Shown: positions 1 to 12,738, numbered from the stretch's first letter. The stretch: DNA of 64,000 bases from Octopus sinensis (GCF_006345805.1 NC_043010.1:7688001-7752000), one strand, 5' to 3'. Notes: generated from the letters alone by a model not told the origin. Numbers and translations: made by a program.

Positions 1-113
1 AGTACTTATTCTATCGGTCTCTTTTGCCAAACCGCTAAGTGACGGGGACGTAAACACACCAGCATCAGTTGTCAAGCAATGCTAGGGGGATAAACACAGA
101 CACACAAACATAT

Positions 114-146
<33 letters not shown>

Positions 147-317
147 CATATATAATACAGGCTTCTTTCAGTTTCCGTCTACAAAATCCACTCACAAGGC
201 ATTGGTCAGCCCAGGGCTATAGCAGAAGACACTTGCCCAAGATGCCACGCAGTGAGACTGAACCCGGAACCATGTGGTTGGTAAGCAAGCTACTTACCAC
301 ACAGCCGCTCCTGCGCC
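1..317 (-). mobile_element. tRNA-derived SINE, family A (working label), cut by window edge
   Basis: Minus strand starts GGCGCAGGAGCGGCTGTGTGG (A-box-like) with GGTTCAGTCTC (B-box-like); body matches about 24 other copies in the window. Confidence 0.9.
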
Positions 318-671
318 TATGTAGTTATTTCTTAAATAAAGAAAACAGATAACTACATGGAACTGGGAATGGGGTGACAAAATAAAGTGAAATAGCCTGG
401 AATAGACTTCGATTCTAACAAATAAAGGTTCCAGATATTTAAATTCAGTAATAAGAATTTTTTGAAGTCATATAAAATAAAAGTAATTTCTGTATTTATT
501 TCACAATGGAGTATAATCAAACAGATATCAGTTTAACACATTCAGTATTTTCTAAAACAAAAGTTTTGCTTTCTTCACAAGGGTAAGTGTAACAATTGCT
601 TGAAAAATAAAACAAGAAAACAACTTTCTATGAAATAATTCACAGGAATTATTAACAATGCTATATTATAC

Positions 672-722
<51 letters not shown>

Positions 723-981
723 ATAAAATTTAATAAGGGTAGAAATTGATATTAATCAATTAAAACCAGATGCCCAGCATATTAAAAAATCCGAAGATAA
801 AAATATTTTTACATACAAAATTTAAAGGACTGACCACTCAAAAAGTGGACGGTCAACATGCTAGATATAGTGTCACATCGCTATAATATATATATATATA
901 ATATATATATATTATTATATATTATATATATTATACATATAATATATATATATATAATATATATATATATATATAATATAA

Positions 982-1021
<40 letters not shown>

Positions 1022-1099
1022 AGTATGTATGTATATGTATATATAAATGTTCTTGTAAGATCATGCTAGAAGCTTAGCATTGTCTTCAAAGTAAGATAA

Positions 1100-1500
1100 G
1101 CACCAGTTTGAAAATGACATCATATATAAGAGAAAGCAGAAGTGGGTTCTTTTAAAAAAATGGAACTTTAATCACAAGAAGTTTGACAAAGCCAAAAGAA
1201 GAATAATGATAGGAATGAACAGGAAATGTTACTGGAAGTCTGCCAAAATGGTAAAGAAGAATGTTAGGATAAGGCCAGAGATATCTCCTGAAGACAGAAA
1301 AAAAAAAAAAAGAGGAGGCTTAAGTAATGTAGAGAAAGTTCAAAAGTAGACACGATTTCAGAGAGAAGACGAATGCTGGAAGTTGATAAACTACGGTTGA
1401 AAGAAGGCATGAGATATGCTAAAAGCTAAAAGACAGTACAAAATAGGAAAGGAAATTAGACATAGCAAACTAATGAATTTGGAAAGAGAAAGTCCCAACT
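1100..1500 (+). pseudogene. Degenerate LINE ORF1-like remnant
   Basis: 1263-1301 translates VRIRPEISPEDRK, resembling the CR1/L2 ORF1 motif V.IRPDLT.EER; flanks have stops and frameshifts. Confidence 0.35.
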
Positions 1501-1543
1501 ATTGTGGCAGGGAAAATATAACACTGTCAAACTTGAACATATA

Positions 1544-1958
1544 GGCGCAGGAGTGGCTGTGTGGTAAGTAGCTTGCTAACCAACCACATGGTTCCGGGTT
1601 CAGTCCCACTGCGTGGCACCTTGGGCCAATGTCTTCTACTATAGCCCCGGGCCGACCAATGCCTTGTGAGTGGATTTGGTAGATGGAAACTGAAAGAAGC
1701 CTGTCGTATATATGTATATATATATATGTGTGTATGTGTTTGTGTGTCTGTGTTTGTCCCCCTAGCATTGCTTCACAACCGATGCTGGTGTGTTTGCGTC
1801 CCCGTCACTTAGCGGTTCGGCAAAAGAGACCGATAGAATAAGTACTGGGCTTACAAACGAATAAGTCCCGGGGTCGAGTTGCTCGATTAAAGGCGGTGCT
1901 CCAGCATGGCTGCAGTCAAATGACTGAAACAAGTAAAAGAGTAAAAGAGTAAAAGAGT
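1544..1958 (+). mobile_element. SINE family A, full length
   Basis: GGCGCAGGAGTGGCTGTGTGG head, GGTTCAGTCCC B box, internal TA/TG microsatellite, (GTAAAAGA)n tail. Confidence 0.92.
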
Positions 1959-3201
1959 ATATTAGGCAACAGCTGAAATGCTTTTGGAATACAAGATAAA
2001 AGAGGCACATATATTTTCAAAATGTAGTGCATTTAAATTTCAGAGTTGTACGGTTTATAATAAACTAAATATGAAAAATATTTGACTTTGACAAACTCCA
2101 CAATATGCTCTTGTAGAAAAGCAAAAGAAAACCAGGTTTCTTTCTTTCTTTTTTTTTTTTTTTTGGCTCTTCTCTGACTAGATATTTCCATGGCTGTTTG
2201 GACAACTCGATTTACCATTCTACTAAGAAAAAAAGCTATTTGTGGAATAATACAGTGGTGTACCTTTGAATGATCTAACTTCCCCCAATTCTTTTGATAT
2301 TATAGAGTGCAAAACATTAGTTATCCCTGTTTTAATACTTTTTTTTTGTTTTTTCATTGAACATAGATATAACGATAAAAAAAAAATGGTGACATGGATG
2401 AGGAACAATAATGTTTAGGAAGACAAACAAAAACAAAAGAATTAAATCAAAGAATATTACCAAATCCAAGAGCAAACTTAGCAAACCAAATAGATAGGGA
2501 TGTTATTCAAACTGAGAAATAAATAATAAAAATACCCTAATAATCATGTTGTATCTGTCTTCACTTGATTATGCACAAAATATATAAAGCTTACAAAAAC
2601 AAATAATAAAATGAGATTGCAACAAACAAGACCGAGACACACAAAAAGAACAAAACAAAACAAAAGCAACACTCAAGAACGCATCAACCATGACTACCAA
2701 TGCAAACACAGCACTGGAATCAAATACCTGCTGTTCCAGGGTTTATGAGAAATGTCATAGTGTGAGATTAATGTGACCACGCTATGAAGCATATGTAACA
2801 CAAATGTCAGAATCGATGTCCTTTCTCGTGGTTAATCATCACCCCCCCACCACTCCTTCAGAAAACCCATTTCCAACTGTTATTTTCCATCAAAATAAAA
2901 TGAAAATTACATGGAAAAAAAAAAGGGAAAAAATGCACCAAAGAAGAATATCCAGAAGCATTGTAAACATACCAGATTAGATGACCATGCGATACAAATC
3001 AGTTGCAAGCACCATAGAAGAGACACATAAGATTGATGTACTGCAAACAGCAGCCAAATAGCATTTAGATCACACCGTACCATTCTAAATAAGGGAAAGG
3101 GATATTAGAAGAATTTATTCCAACAGAACATTATTGGATGGTCATGGCTGGAATCAGTTTGCTCATGGGTTTTCTTGAATAGGATTAACATAAGGCTTTA
3201 A

Positions 3202-3422
3202 CCCTTTAGTATTTAAACTGGCCATATCCGGCCAAAAGTATTCTGTCTGTTTTATGTTCAAACTGGCCAGATCTGGTCTCTCACACCAACCCTACAATAT
3301 CATTTTAAAAATTAACAACTACCTCATCAAAATCTCATAGCTCCAAGATAATGCATGATTAGTTCAAAACAATGTGGATGAAGAAGCATTAATTTTGGCA
3401 GAATAATGCGAACACTAAAGGG
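3202..3422. mobile_element. piggyBac-type MITE (221 bp)
   Basis: TTAA|CCCTTTAGT ... ACTAAAGGG|TTAA; TTAA duplications at 3198-3201 and 3423-3426; related copy at 26570-27082. Confidence 0.85.
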
Positions 3423-3533
3423 TTAAACAGCAATAATAAAAAGCAGTGGTGAATAAAACCAGTGAAGGAGCCTCTATTTGGCTACTCAACCTGCTGGAAA
3501 GAGTGAATAGGTTTCTTCCGAATCACAGCCAGC

Positions 3534-3924
3534 GATGGGATGGAAGCACTCCATCGGTTATGACGACGAGGGTTCCAGTTGATCCGATCAACGGAACAGC
3601 CTGCTTGTGAAATTAACGTGTAAGTGGCTGAGCACTCCACAGACACGTGTACCCTTAACGTAGTTCTCGGAGATATTCAGCGTGACACAGAGAGTGGCAA
3701 GGCCGGCCCTTTGAAATACAGGTACAACAGAAACAGGAAGTAAGAGTGAAAGAAAGTTGTGGTGAAAGAGTGCAGCAGGGATCACCACCATCCCCTGCCG
3801 GAGCATCGTGGAGTTTTCGGTGTTTTTGCTCAATAAACACTCACAACGCCCGGTCTGGGAATCGAAACCGCGATCCTACGACCGCGAGTCCGCTGCCCTA
3901 ACCACTGGGCCATTGCGCCTCCAC
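3534..3924 (-). mobile_element. tRNA-derived SINE, family C (GTGGAGGCGC head)
   Basis: Minus strand GTGGAGGCGCAATGGCCCAGTGGTTAGGGCAGCGGACTCGCGG...GGTTTCGATTCCC; direct repeat ACAGCCAGC at 3525-3533 and 3925-3933. Confidence 0.85.
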
Positions 3925-4079
3925 ACAGCCAGCCATATTAGACAGGGGAAAATATTGGCTAATATAGTCCTCGATATTCTTAAAAGAAGGCTATTATCAA
4001 AGCTGGAATACTTTTGCAAAATGACCTGTGGTTAAACACTAATAACAAAAACAACAATAACAATAACAATAACAATTGT

Positions 4080-4420
4080 TTGAATATCCTCCAACCACTA
4101 CGCAAAATACAGTCTTGACATCCTAACAGAATAAGAAAAATCAACTATGTGGAATATTTAACAGAAATAGAGCCAAAAACAGCAGAATTGACCACAACAA
4201 AACTCATTCAACGTAAATATATGGGACAGATTAGAGAGATATGAATAAAAGCAGGAAATGATATCCAAATACAAACAGGGCCTCCAAGAAATTCTTTGCT
4301 TCATAGAAGCAATCTAGAACATCAATACTCTAAATAACCTAATTTACGTTTTGGCCACAGCAATTTGGAAGGAAAATTGGATTTGACACTAAATAAAGTC
4401 ACTCATTCTTCGATGCCCCA
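4080..4420 (+). pseudogene. Degenerate APE-endonuclease-like LINE remnant
   Basis: 4311-4400 translates NLEHQYSK*PNLRFGHSNLEGKLDLTLNKV, similar to the CR1/L2 pattern NL.Q.V..PTR...LDL.LT. Confidence 0.35.
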
Positions 4421-4432
4421 AATAAGACATAA

Positions 4433-4540
4433 CCACTACTACTACTACTACTACTACTATTACTACTACTGTTGCTGCTGCTGCAGCTGATGATGATAAT
4501 GATGATGCTGCTGCTGCTATGGTTGCTGCTACTGCTGAGG

Positions 4541-4581
<41 letters not shown>

Positions 4582-4790
4582 GCTGATGCTGCTGCTGCTG
4601 CAGCTGATGATGATAATGATGATGATGATGATGCTATGGTTGTTGCTACTGCTGAGGCTACTACTACTACTACTATTACTACTATACTACTACTACTATA
4701 CTACTACTACTACTACTACTACTACTGCTACTGCTACTGCTATTGCTGTTGCTGATGATGATGATGATGCTGATGATGATGATGATAATT
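4433..4790. repeat. Compound trinucleotide microsatellite (ACT/GCT/GAT) with an internal ~120-bp duplication
   Basis: Block GCTGCTGCAGCTGATGATGATAAT...GCTACTGCTGAGGCTACT occurs twice. Confidence 0.9.
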
Positions 4791-5576
4791 AGCAAACAAT
4801 GGAAAGAAAATATATACTATGGAAGTGACAAAAAGAGTAAAGATGTATCATTAGGAAGAGAAACAGAAAACGAGGTGTCTAATATGAGAGAAAAAGAAAT
4901 AAAAGCGAAACACCTAGACTTAACAAAAGACACAGCAAATAAAACACTTTGAAAAACCGTGTCTGCTTCTTTCAACAGAATAAGTATTGGAAACAATTAG
5001 TAAAGAATTATACGTATCAGCAATAAAAATAATAAAAAAAAAAAATTAAAAAGTAATAAAAAAAAATGATAAAAAATACATGGTGGTACATTCACTGACA
5101 ACAATGGAAAGCAATCGTATTGGGAAGACAAGTAGAGCCAAAATATATTACATGATAAAGAAGCATAATAGATAAAGGGAGAAGGCAAAGAAAATACTAA
5201 TAATAGCACAGGTTTGGTCCAGACTATCTATCAGCGAATTTAGCCAAACAATCAAGACCTCTAACATTTGAAAGTCACTTTGAATTGACAAATTAATTTA
5301 AGGAATTGCATGTAAAGCTATCTACAGCAGACATGGGCAACCTTTTTTTCAAGAAGGGGGTCACATAATATATGGCACATACTCAGGTGGGCTGCACTAC
5401 CAAAAAATAAATTCTAGGTAATAGCCAGCCGCCAACACTTTTTTCTGCAAAATAGGGGTAGCTTATCCTGTTCAGGCTATATTATTAGCCTAATCCTGTA
5501 TTTGAGAAATTTAAAATCACTTCTTTAACTTTCTAGGTAATATTTTTGTTTGGTATGCCATTCAGAGAGTCTATAG

Positions 5577-5826
5577 CAGTGGTTCTCATCTGAGGTCTAT
5601 ATTGCCCTTTGGGGTCTATATTAGGTTTTGTCATTAAAATCTATCAGCAGTAAATTGCTTATACACAAAATATTAAAGTTTTTTTTTTTTTAATATAATT
5701 CCTGATAATATTTAATTATAGAAATACAGAAGTATTTTTTTGTAGACATAGAATGGTTACGGAGATCCAATAGAGTAAAATAGGAATCAAAATAGTCCAT
5801 AATCAAAAATTAGTTGAGAAACACTG
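5577..5826. mobile_element. hAT (Charlie-like) MITE
   Basis: TIRs CAGTGGTTCTCA / TGAGAAACACTG; 8-bp flanks GTCTATAG (5569-5576) and GTTTATAG (5827-5834), 7/8 identical. Confidence 0.8.
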
Positions 5827-5993
5827 GTTTATAGTGACAACAATCATTGAATTACTAGAAACTAAAATCAAAACCCAGGTAGTTACTAGAGGGGTAAAAA
5901 ATATCTGTTCTCCACTGTCAAAACTTCAGATAATTATGTAAAAGCTCCATCATCTTTCCAGCAGTCTAGCTGTGGATCTTGAAAATAATGGTC

Positions 5994-6470
5994 ATCATCC
6001 TCATCATCATCATCATCATCATCATTTAACGTCCACTTTCCATGCTAGCATGGGTTTGACGATTTGACTGAGGACTGGTGAACCAGATGGCTGCACCTGG
6101 CTCCAATCTGATCTGGTGGAGTTTCTACAGCTGGATGCCATTCCTAATGCCAACCACTCCGAGAGTGTAGTGGGTTCTTTTACGTGCCACCAGCATGAGG
6201 GCCAGTCAGGTGGTACTGGCAATGGCCATGCTCAAATGGTGTTTTTTATGTGCCACCTGCACAGGAGCCAGTCCAGTGGCACTGGCAACAACCATGCTTG
6301 AATGTTTTTTCACATACCACCGGCACAAGGACCAGTAAGGCAACGCTGGTAATGATCACGCTTGAATGGTGCTTTTTACGTGCCACCAGCATGGAAGCCA
6401 GTCAGCTGCTCTAGCAACGATCATGCTCAGATGGTGCTCTTAGCACTCCACTGGCACGGATGCCAGTCAT
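5994..6470 (-). mobile_element. RTE-clade LINE 3' UTR with (GAT)n tail
   Basis: Matches the 3' UTR of the copy at 63541-64000, which retains the RTE ORF2 C-terminus; repeated GGTGGCACGTAAAA units. Confidence 0.8.
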
Positions 6471-7731
6471 TGAATTTGATAATGGTATGTTACCCATTTT
6501 TCAGACTTTATATAGGAAATCCTCAAAATCAGAAAATTAATTTTTTTACTTCTTTTTCTTATCACAGAAGCCATAGAAGAATATTTCTATCACACACCAC
6601 CATGTGTTTGCATGTTGTGGAAAAAGGGATTTAGTAGCATTCTAGACTTGATAGAACCAGATTCTGCTCTCTGAAGTGTTTTGGAAAACACTCCAGAATT
6701 TAACAGGAATTTCTACTTCTCTTGGTGTTAGATTCCAGTTCATGGAGTAATTATGGAAGCATTCAATAATTTAAATGGAATTTTTTAAAACTTAGAACTT
6801 GCAGTTCCTCAGAAACCTCATGAGTACATTGACATGTATATATTCCTCTATTTCTCTTGCAGAGAGCATGGCACTGGCTTCATTTTATGAACCTTAATTC
6901 TCTAAACATTCATACTCTGCATAACACAGTTGTTACTGATTACATTTCAGTTGTATCCACTTCTAAGTTAAAACACTTTTCTTAATTCACTATCAAAACT
7001 CTTTCCTGTACTTTCCTCTGCTTTAAATACTTTCCCAAAGGTCGAAGCTAGTCTCTTAATACTTTGATAAGTACCCATCACCAATGATTATTAAGGATTT
7101 AAAACAAAAGAAATGAAGAAACTAGTAGAATTCAAGAAAACTAATAAAGGTAAGTATTGGCAAAAAACAAAAACATCAAAACAAAAACCAATAAAATTTG
7201 AATTTGATGCAGAATTCTCTTCATCAAATCTTTCTTAATATGAGTTATCACTTGAACTTGAAACACTTTCGTGTCAAAACTGACATTTAATTTCCAATTC
7301 CCATGCTGCCTTTTATAGCTTTGGTCTAATCTGACTTTCCTAATCAGTATATCTGTGGGCATCAGGCTAATTTGCAGTCTGGTGGCTTAAAGAACATTCT
7401 ATCTAAATAAAATCTGTATTTTCCACCTTATTAGACAAAGTATATGCTGGTTCTTAGGAAAATTTAGTTAGAATCTCTTTATCAAGGAGAGTAGCAGAAG
7501 AAATTCAAGAATATATCCATTCTGTTGTGTAAACTGGCTTCAACAATGTCTAGAATTACATTCCAGTCTTTATTTAACAATACATAATATCACCAGAAAT
7601 GGAGAAGCTACCAGAATTATATTACTCTTCTCTGCTTTGAAGGTTAAGTATGGTCAACAACTGTATTGGATAGTGTAATTATGGTTACATTGATTGTGTC
7701 AAAAGCCCTCATTGTTTATAATAAAATCTTA

Positions 7732-8140
7732 GGTGCATGAGTGGCTGTGTGGTAAGTAGCTTGCTTACGAATCACATGGTTCCGGGTTAAGTCCCACTGT
7801 GTGGCACCTTGGGCAAGTGTCTTCTACTATAGCCTCAAGCCAACCAAAGCCTTCTGAGTGGATTTGGTAGACGGAAATTGAAAGAAGCCCGTCGTATATA
7901 TGTATATATATATGTGTGTGTGTGCGTTTGTTTGTGTGTCTGTGTTTGTCCCCCTAGCATTGCTTGACAACCGATGCTGGTGTGTTTATGTCCCCGTCAC
8001 TTAGCAGTTCGGCAAAAGAGACCAATAGAATAAGTACTGGGCTTACAAAGAATGAGTCCCGGGGTTGATATGCTTGATTTAAGGCGGTGCTCCAGCATGG
8101 CTGCAGTCAAATGACTGAAACAAGTAAAAGAGTAAAAAGA
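7732..8140 (+). mobile_element. SINE family A, full length
   Basis: Head, B box, internal microsatellite and GTAAAAGAG tail match family A. Confidence 0.9.
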
Positions 8141-8670
8141 GAGAGAGAGTTCCCTGATATTCAAAAGCCTAAATTTTAGGCACTATTTTGACTAGATTGG
8201 TACCGACATAAGCCATCTATCTTAGTCCTACTCTTGTTTGTTATAAATTCCTCAGGTGTTTTTGTATTTTTTATCTTCAGTAAGTATGGGGGATTATACC
8301 AACATCTTTGGTCAAAGAATATTTAACTGCTAACCAAATTTGGAGGGAAGGTTTTGACTACTGTGAAACCTATCAGTAATCTAGCCTGTATGCAATGAGG
8401 AACTGCTAGAAATAACAGCTAAATCTCTCCCTCCCTCTCCCCCTCCCTCTCTCTCTCCTCTCTCTCTCCCTCTCTCTCTCAGTAAACCCTATAGTTTAAA
8501 CATGTATATGTACATATGTATTTACATCTGACAGTTTCTTTTACCAAATACACTCACAAGTTTTCAGTCAGCCCAGGGCTATGGTAGAAAACCTTTGCCC
8601 AGGATGTCACACAATGGGATTGAACCAGAGACCACATAGAATACAAGTATCTCAACCAAACAGCCATGCC

Positions 8671-8790
<120 letters not shown>

Positions 8791-8793
8791 GTT

Positions 8794-9204
8794 TAAGTAG
8801 TTGAATGAATTATCCTAGTATGGATAATTCGGTTAACCGATACCCGGGTAGCAAATTTACGTCAGAAAGCACGGTTGAAGCTACATGCCAAGGGCAGAAA
8901 TCACGTGCTTTCGTGTGGAAATTTGTGTGTTTTTTTAATACAAATAAATGAAAGAATGGAGTTGAACGACGATTTAACAAAATTCCTTTATTCTCGACAT
9001 ATGTTTCGAAGACTGCATATTCCTAATTTCGAAGGAATAAGGGGTGCATTATGCCGTCTTCTCATCAGGAAAGATAAGGAACTTATGTCAGCATCATGAC
9101 GAACAAAAACTTTTAGGTGACTGCCCACACGGAGTCCATAGTGATCATATGTCGAGAATAAAGGAATTTTGTTAAATCGCCGTTCGACTCCATTCTTTCA
9201 TTTA
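8794..9204. mobile_element. Hammerhead-carrying non-autonomous element (Penelope pLTR / retrozyme-like) in a (TA)n tract
   Basis: Homologous to 31116-31541; 59-bp internal inverted repeat (8945-9003 / 9146-9204, 2 mismatches); flanked by TA microsatellite. Confidence 0.7.
8983..9081 (-). ncRNA. Type I hammerhead ribozyme motif, canonical core
   Basis: CUGAUGA (9068-9062); stem II GAAGAC/GUCUUC; GAAA (9007-9004); palindromic stem III ACAUAUGU; GUC cleavage triplet (cut between 8996 and 8995); stem I of 4 bp, 3x3 internal loop, then 6 bp. Confidence 0.8.
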
Positions 9205-9691
9205 TATATATATATATATATATATATAGGTCGATTTGTTCACAGTCAAATGATGGAAACAAGTAAAAGAATAAAAAAACATATGTATATATATATACAC
9301 TGCATACATATACATAGTGTGTGAGTCTGTGCATTTGCATTGAGATGATATTTCTATATTACTGCATCCTTCACTCTCTTCTGCTTACTTGACTGCAATT
9401 TTGCATGCAAATCACATCCTTTAGCAATTTTCTCCAGTAATTTATGCTAATTTCTGACACTTGTACATCTTTTTTCATCAACATAGTGATTCACTCACCA
9501 TTAACCTAGCATGTATGAAGGTGCCAATGCTTTGCTAAGGAGGTCTAGTAAAACTGAAACATGTTCCAGGTTATTGCCCATATTTTCTACAATCAGATTA
9601 AAATAATATTCGTAATTTAGTTAATGGTTTCTTCTCTTCACTACATAAGTACTGTTAATTAATAATATATTTTTTTACCTCACTACATAGA

Positions 9692-9911
9692 ATACTGCAT
9701 TTTCCAGCATACAGGCCAAATATTTTTGGGCAAAATTTATTGCCCTGCAAAAAAGTTAAGTTGACTTATACACCGAGACAACTTTGGAGGTGCAAAAATT
9801 TCCATATAGAATGGAGCAATATTTGAAAAGATATTGATGATGTTTGAATGTTTACACTACATAGTTTGCACTATATACTATGTTAATTTGCATACTTGAA
9901 AATAAGGCATA
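9692..9911. mobile_element. Possible degenerate pogo/Tigger-like MITE
   Basis: Left end TACTGCATTTTCCAGCATACA and right end GAAAATAAGGCATA resemble degenerate pogo-type TIRs. Confidence 0.35.
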
Positions 9912-9974
9912 CTGTTATTTTTCAATGCAGATGATGTGACATGGCAACTTCATCCAGTTATTGCTTTTACAATT

Positions 9975-10379
9975 ACTCTTTTACTTGTTTCAGTCATTTG
10001 ACTGTGGCCATGCTGGAGCACAGCCTTTAGTCGAGCCAATCGACCCCAGGAATTATTCTTTGTAAGCCTAGTACTTATTCTACTGGTCTCTCTTGCCGAA
10101 CCACTAAGTTACGGCGACATAAACATACCAGCATCAGTTGGCAAGCAATGTTGGGGGAGACAAACACAGACACACAAACGTATACACACACACATATATA
10201 TACATATATATACATATATACGATGGCTTCTTTCAGTTTCCATCTACTAAATCCACTCACAAGGCATTGGTCAGCCAGAGGCTATAGTAGAAGACACTTA
10301 TCCAAGGTGCCACACAGTGGGATTGAACCCGGAACCATGTGGTTGGTAAGCACACTTATCACACAGCCACTCCTATGCC
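9975..10379 (-). mobile_element. SINE family A, full length
   Basis: Reverse complement of the family A head, body and tail. Confidence 0.88.
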
Positions 10380-11002
10380 TATGTTCTGTTCTAATTTCTA
10401 ATGGGTTTCTTATATATGACCCTTTATAACATACTATTCATTTTGGGGTCATTTTGCCCAACGTTACCAGGGCAAAATACTTATTTATATAGGTTAGTCA
10501 TTATTTGAAGAACTCTGGATTGTGGAATGTCAGCACACAGAGAACTGTTTTGATTCCCAGTTGTAGCTTCTTTCAGATTGCTTACATTACGAATATTGAT
10601 AAGGAGCAAATGATAAAAAAGCAGCATGATACCATAACTCTTGTATCCTCTGCTCCCTAAAGTCAATAAAGTTTACATCCTAACCAATGAATACTTTTGC
10701 TTATGGAAGTCAAGCGATAAACTCTAATTATCCAATGACTGTGTGAGATAAATTAAATATTGATTGGTTAGATTCATTATTTGTGAATAAATATCATTGA
10801 TTCCCTAAATTATTCAAACAAGTTATTGCAACAAAACCTGTATAATGTGGTATATGTGAAGAATAAATAAATCCCTAAGTAAATAAATTTAAATGATTCT
10901 CAATATTGAAGTATATATTTTTTTCCTTTCCCTAAGATTTTTAGGTAAATGAGAAAAAGCTGAGTTGCATGTCACAATTAGGAAAAGCAATATATATATA
11001 TT

Positions 11003-11482
<480 letters not shown>

Positions 11483-12156
11483 TAGAAATTGAAATTAAAA
11501 GAATGAGAAAAGCAAATTAAAAAGTTAAAAATTTTTCTGCTTAACGAATATCTGATCAAATTTTTTTTTCTTTCTCCTCTTGTTTCTAATTTCAAATTGA
11601 TCACAGACTACTTGAAGAAGCAGAAATTGAAAATGTCTGTCAAATGAAGCTGGTTAAAGTGTACAGATTTTACTTCAGCACATTACTTTCTGCCCTCTGG
11701 TGATTTGCTAAAATATTAATTTAATGAGTTAAAAACACTCTACTTCAAGAAGTCTGTATTTTTATTGAAATTTTATCATTTTATAATTATTATTTTTTTT
11801 TTTCATTTAAGTATTACTACTTCATTATTTTGAATATAATAACAACTAAAGTCATATTAATTTCTAATAGGAACTAGGTATTTGCCTACCAGGCAGAATG
11901 TATTACAATTAATACAATTAAGTTCTAATTAAAAGAAACCATAGACAGCTATCATGAAGCACAGATATAATGTCAAACTATATTGGTTTGTTTCCTTATA
12001 CGCCGACCAATAAAGAACCCTTCCTTTAGAGAGAAAGAAGGGAAAATATATATCAAGTAATGAATCCAGAGAATTACCAAGGTTACAGGATCTTTTGGAA
12101 CTGACCATGTTTAATACTTTTGGAATTGAAAGAATATTATCGATATCATCTGGCTT

Positions 12157-12513
12157 GGGCATAGCTATATGGTTAAGAAGCACTTTTTGGTATCACATGG
12201 TTTCAGGGTTCAGTTCCACTTTGCAGTTCGTTGTGCAAGTGTTTTCTCTGTGAATGAACTTGGTAGGCAGAAACTGTGCAGAAGCCTCTGTGTGTGTGCA
12301 TGCATGTGTGAGTGTGTGTGTGTATTTATGTGTATGTGTGTACGTGTGTATGTGTGTGCATGTGTGTGTGTGTGTGTAGTTGTGTTTGTCCCATTCACAC
12401 AACTGTCATTTTGTTTGTTTCACTGTCACTTAGCAGTTCATCATAAGAAACTGACAGAATGAATACCAGGCTTAAAAATTCAGTTTTGAAATCAATTTGT
12501 TTGGCTAAATACT
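12157..12513 (+). mobile_element. Diverged SINE related to family A, interrupted by a piggyBac MITE
   Basis: Head and body similarity; the tail resumes as AAGGCAGT after 12742. Confidence 0.6.
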
Positions 12514-12517
12514 TTAA

Positions 12518-12738
12518 CTCTTTTGTTACTGTATTTATTTTGAGATGCTCTGTGTTTCTTTCAATTATTTTAAATATAACAAAGAATTTAGTAAAATAAC
12601 TTAGTTATCATTAAGCTAGTATTAGGAATATAAATTGCGACTAAGGTTTGGTGGAATATTTTGATGCAAAACTTATGAAAACAAGACATTTGTACTACAG
12701 AGCCAGAGCCAGTCTTGGCCGGGCTGGTAACGAATGGG
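12518..12738. mobile_element. piggyBac-type MITE, second family (221 bp)
   Basis: TTAA|CTCTTTTGTTAC ... GTAACGAATGGG|TTAA; TTAA at 12514-12517 and 12739-12742. Confidence 0.8.

Noticed and set aside
1499-2010. Recurrent ORFs such as MLGGQTQTHKH... and MPRSGTEPGTMWLVSKLL...
   Set aside because: Translations of the non-coding SINE A sequence, repeated at each copy
3850-3924. tRNA-like sequence
   Set aside because: It is the head of a SINE with body and TSD; no convincing acceptor stem
5327-5460. CAGACATGGGCAAC hAT-like left end
   Set aside because: No matching right TIR or TSD found
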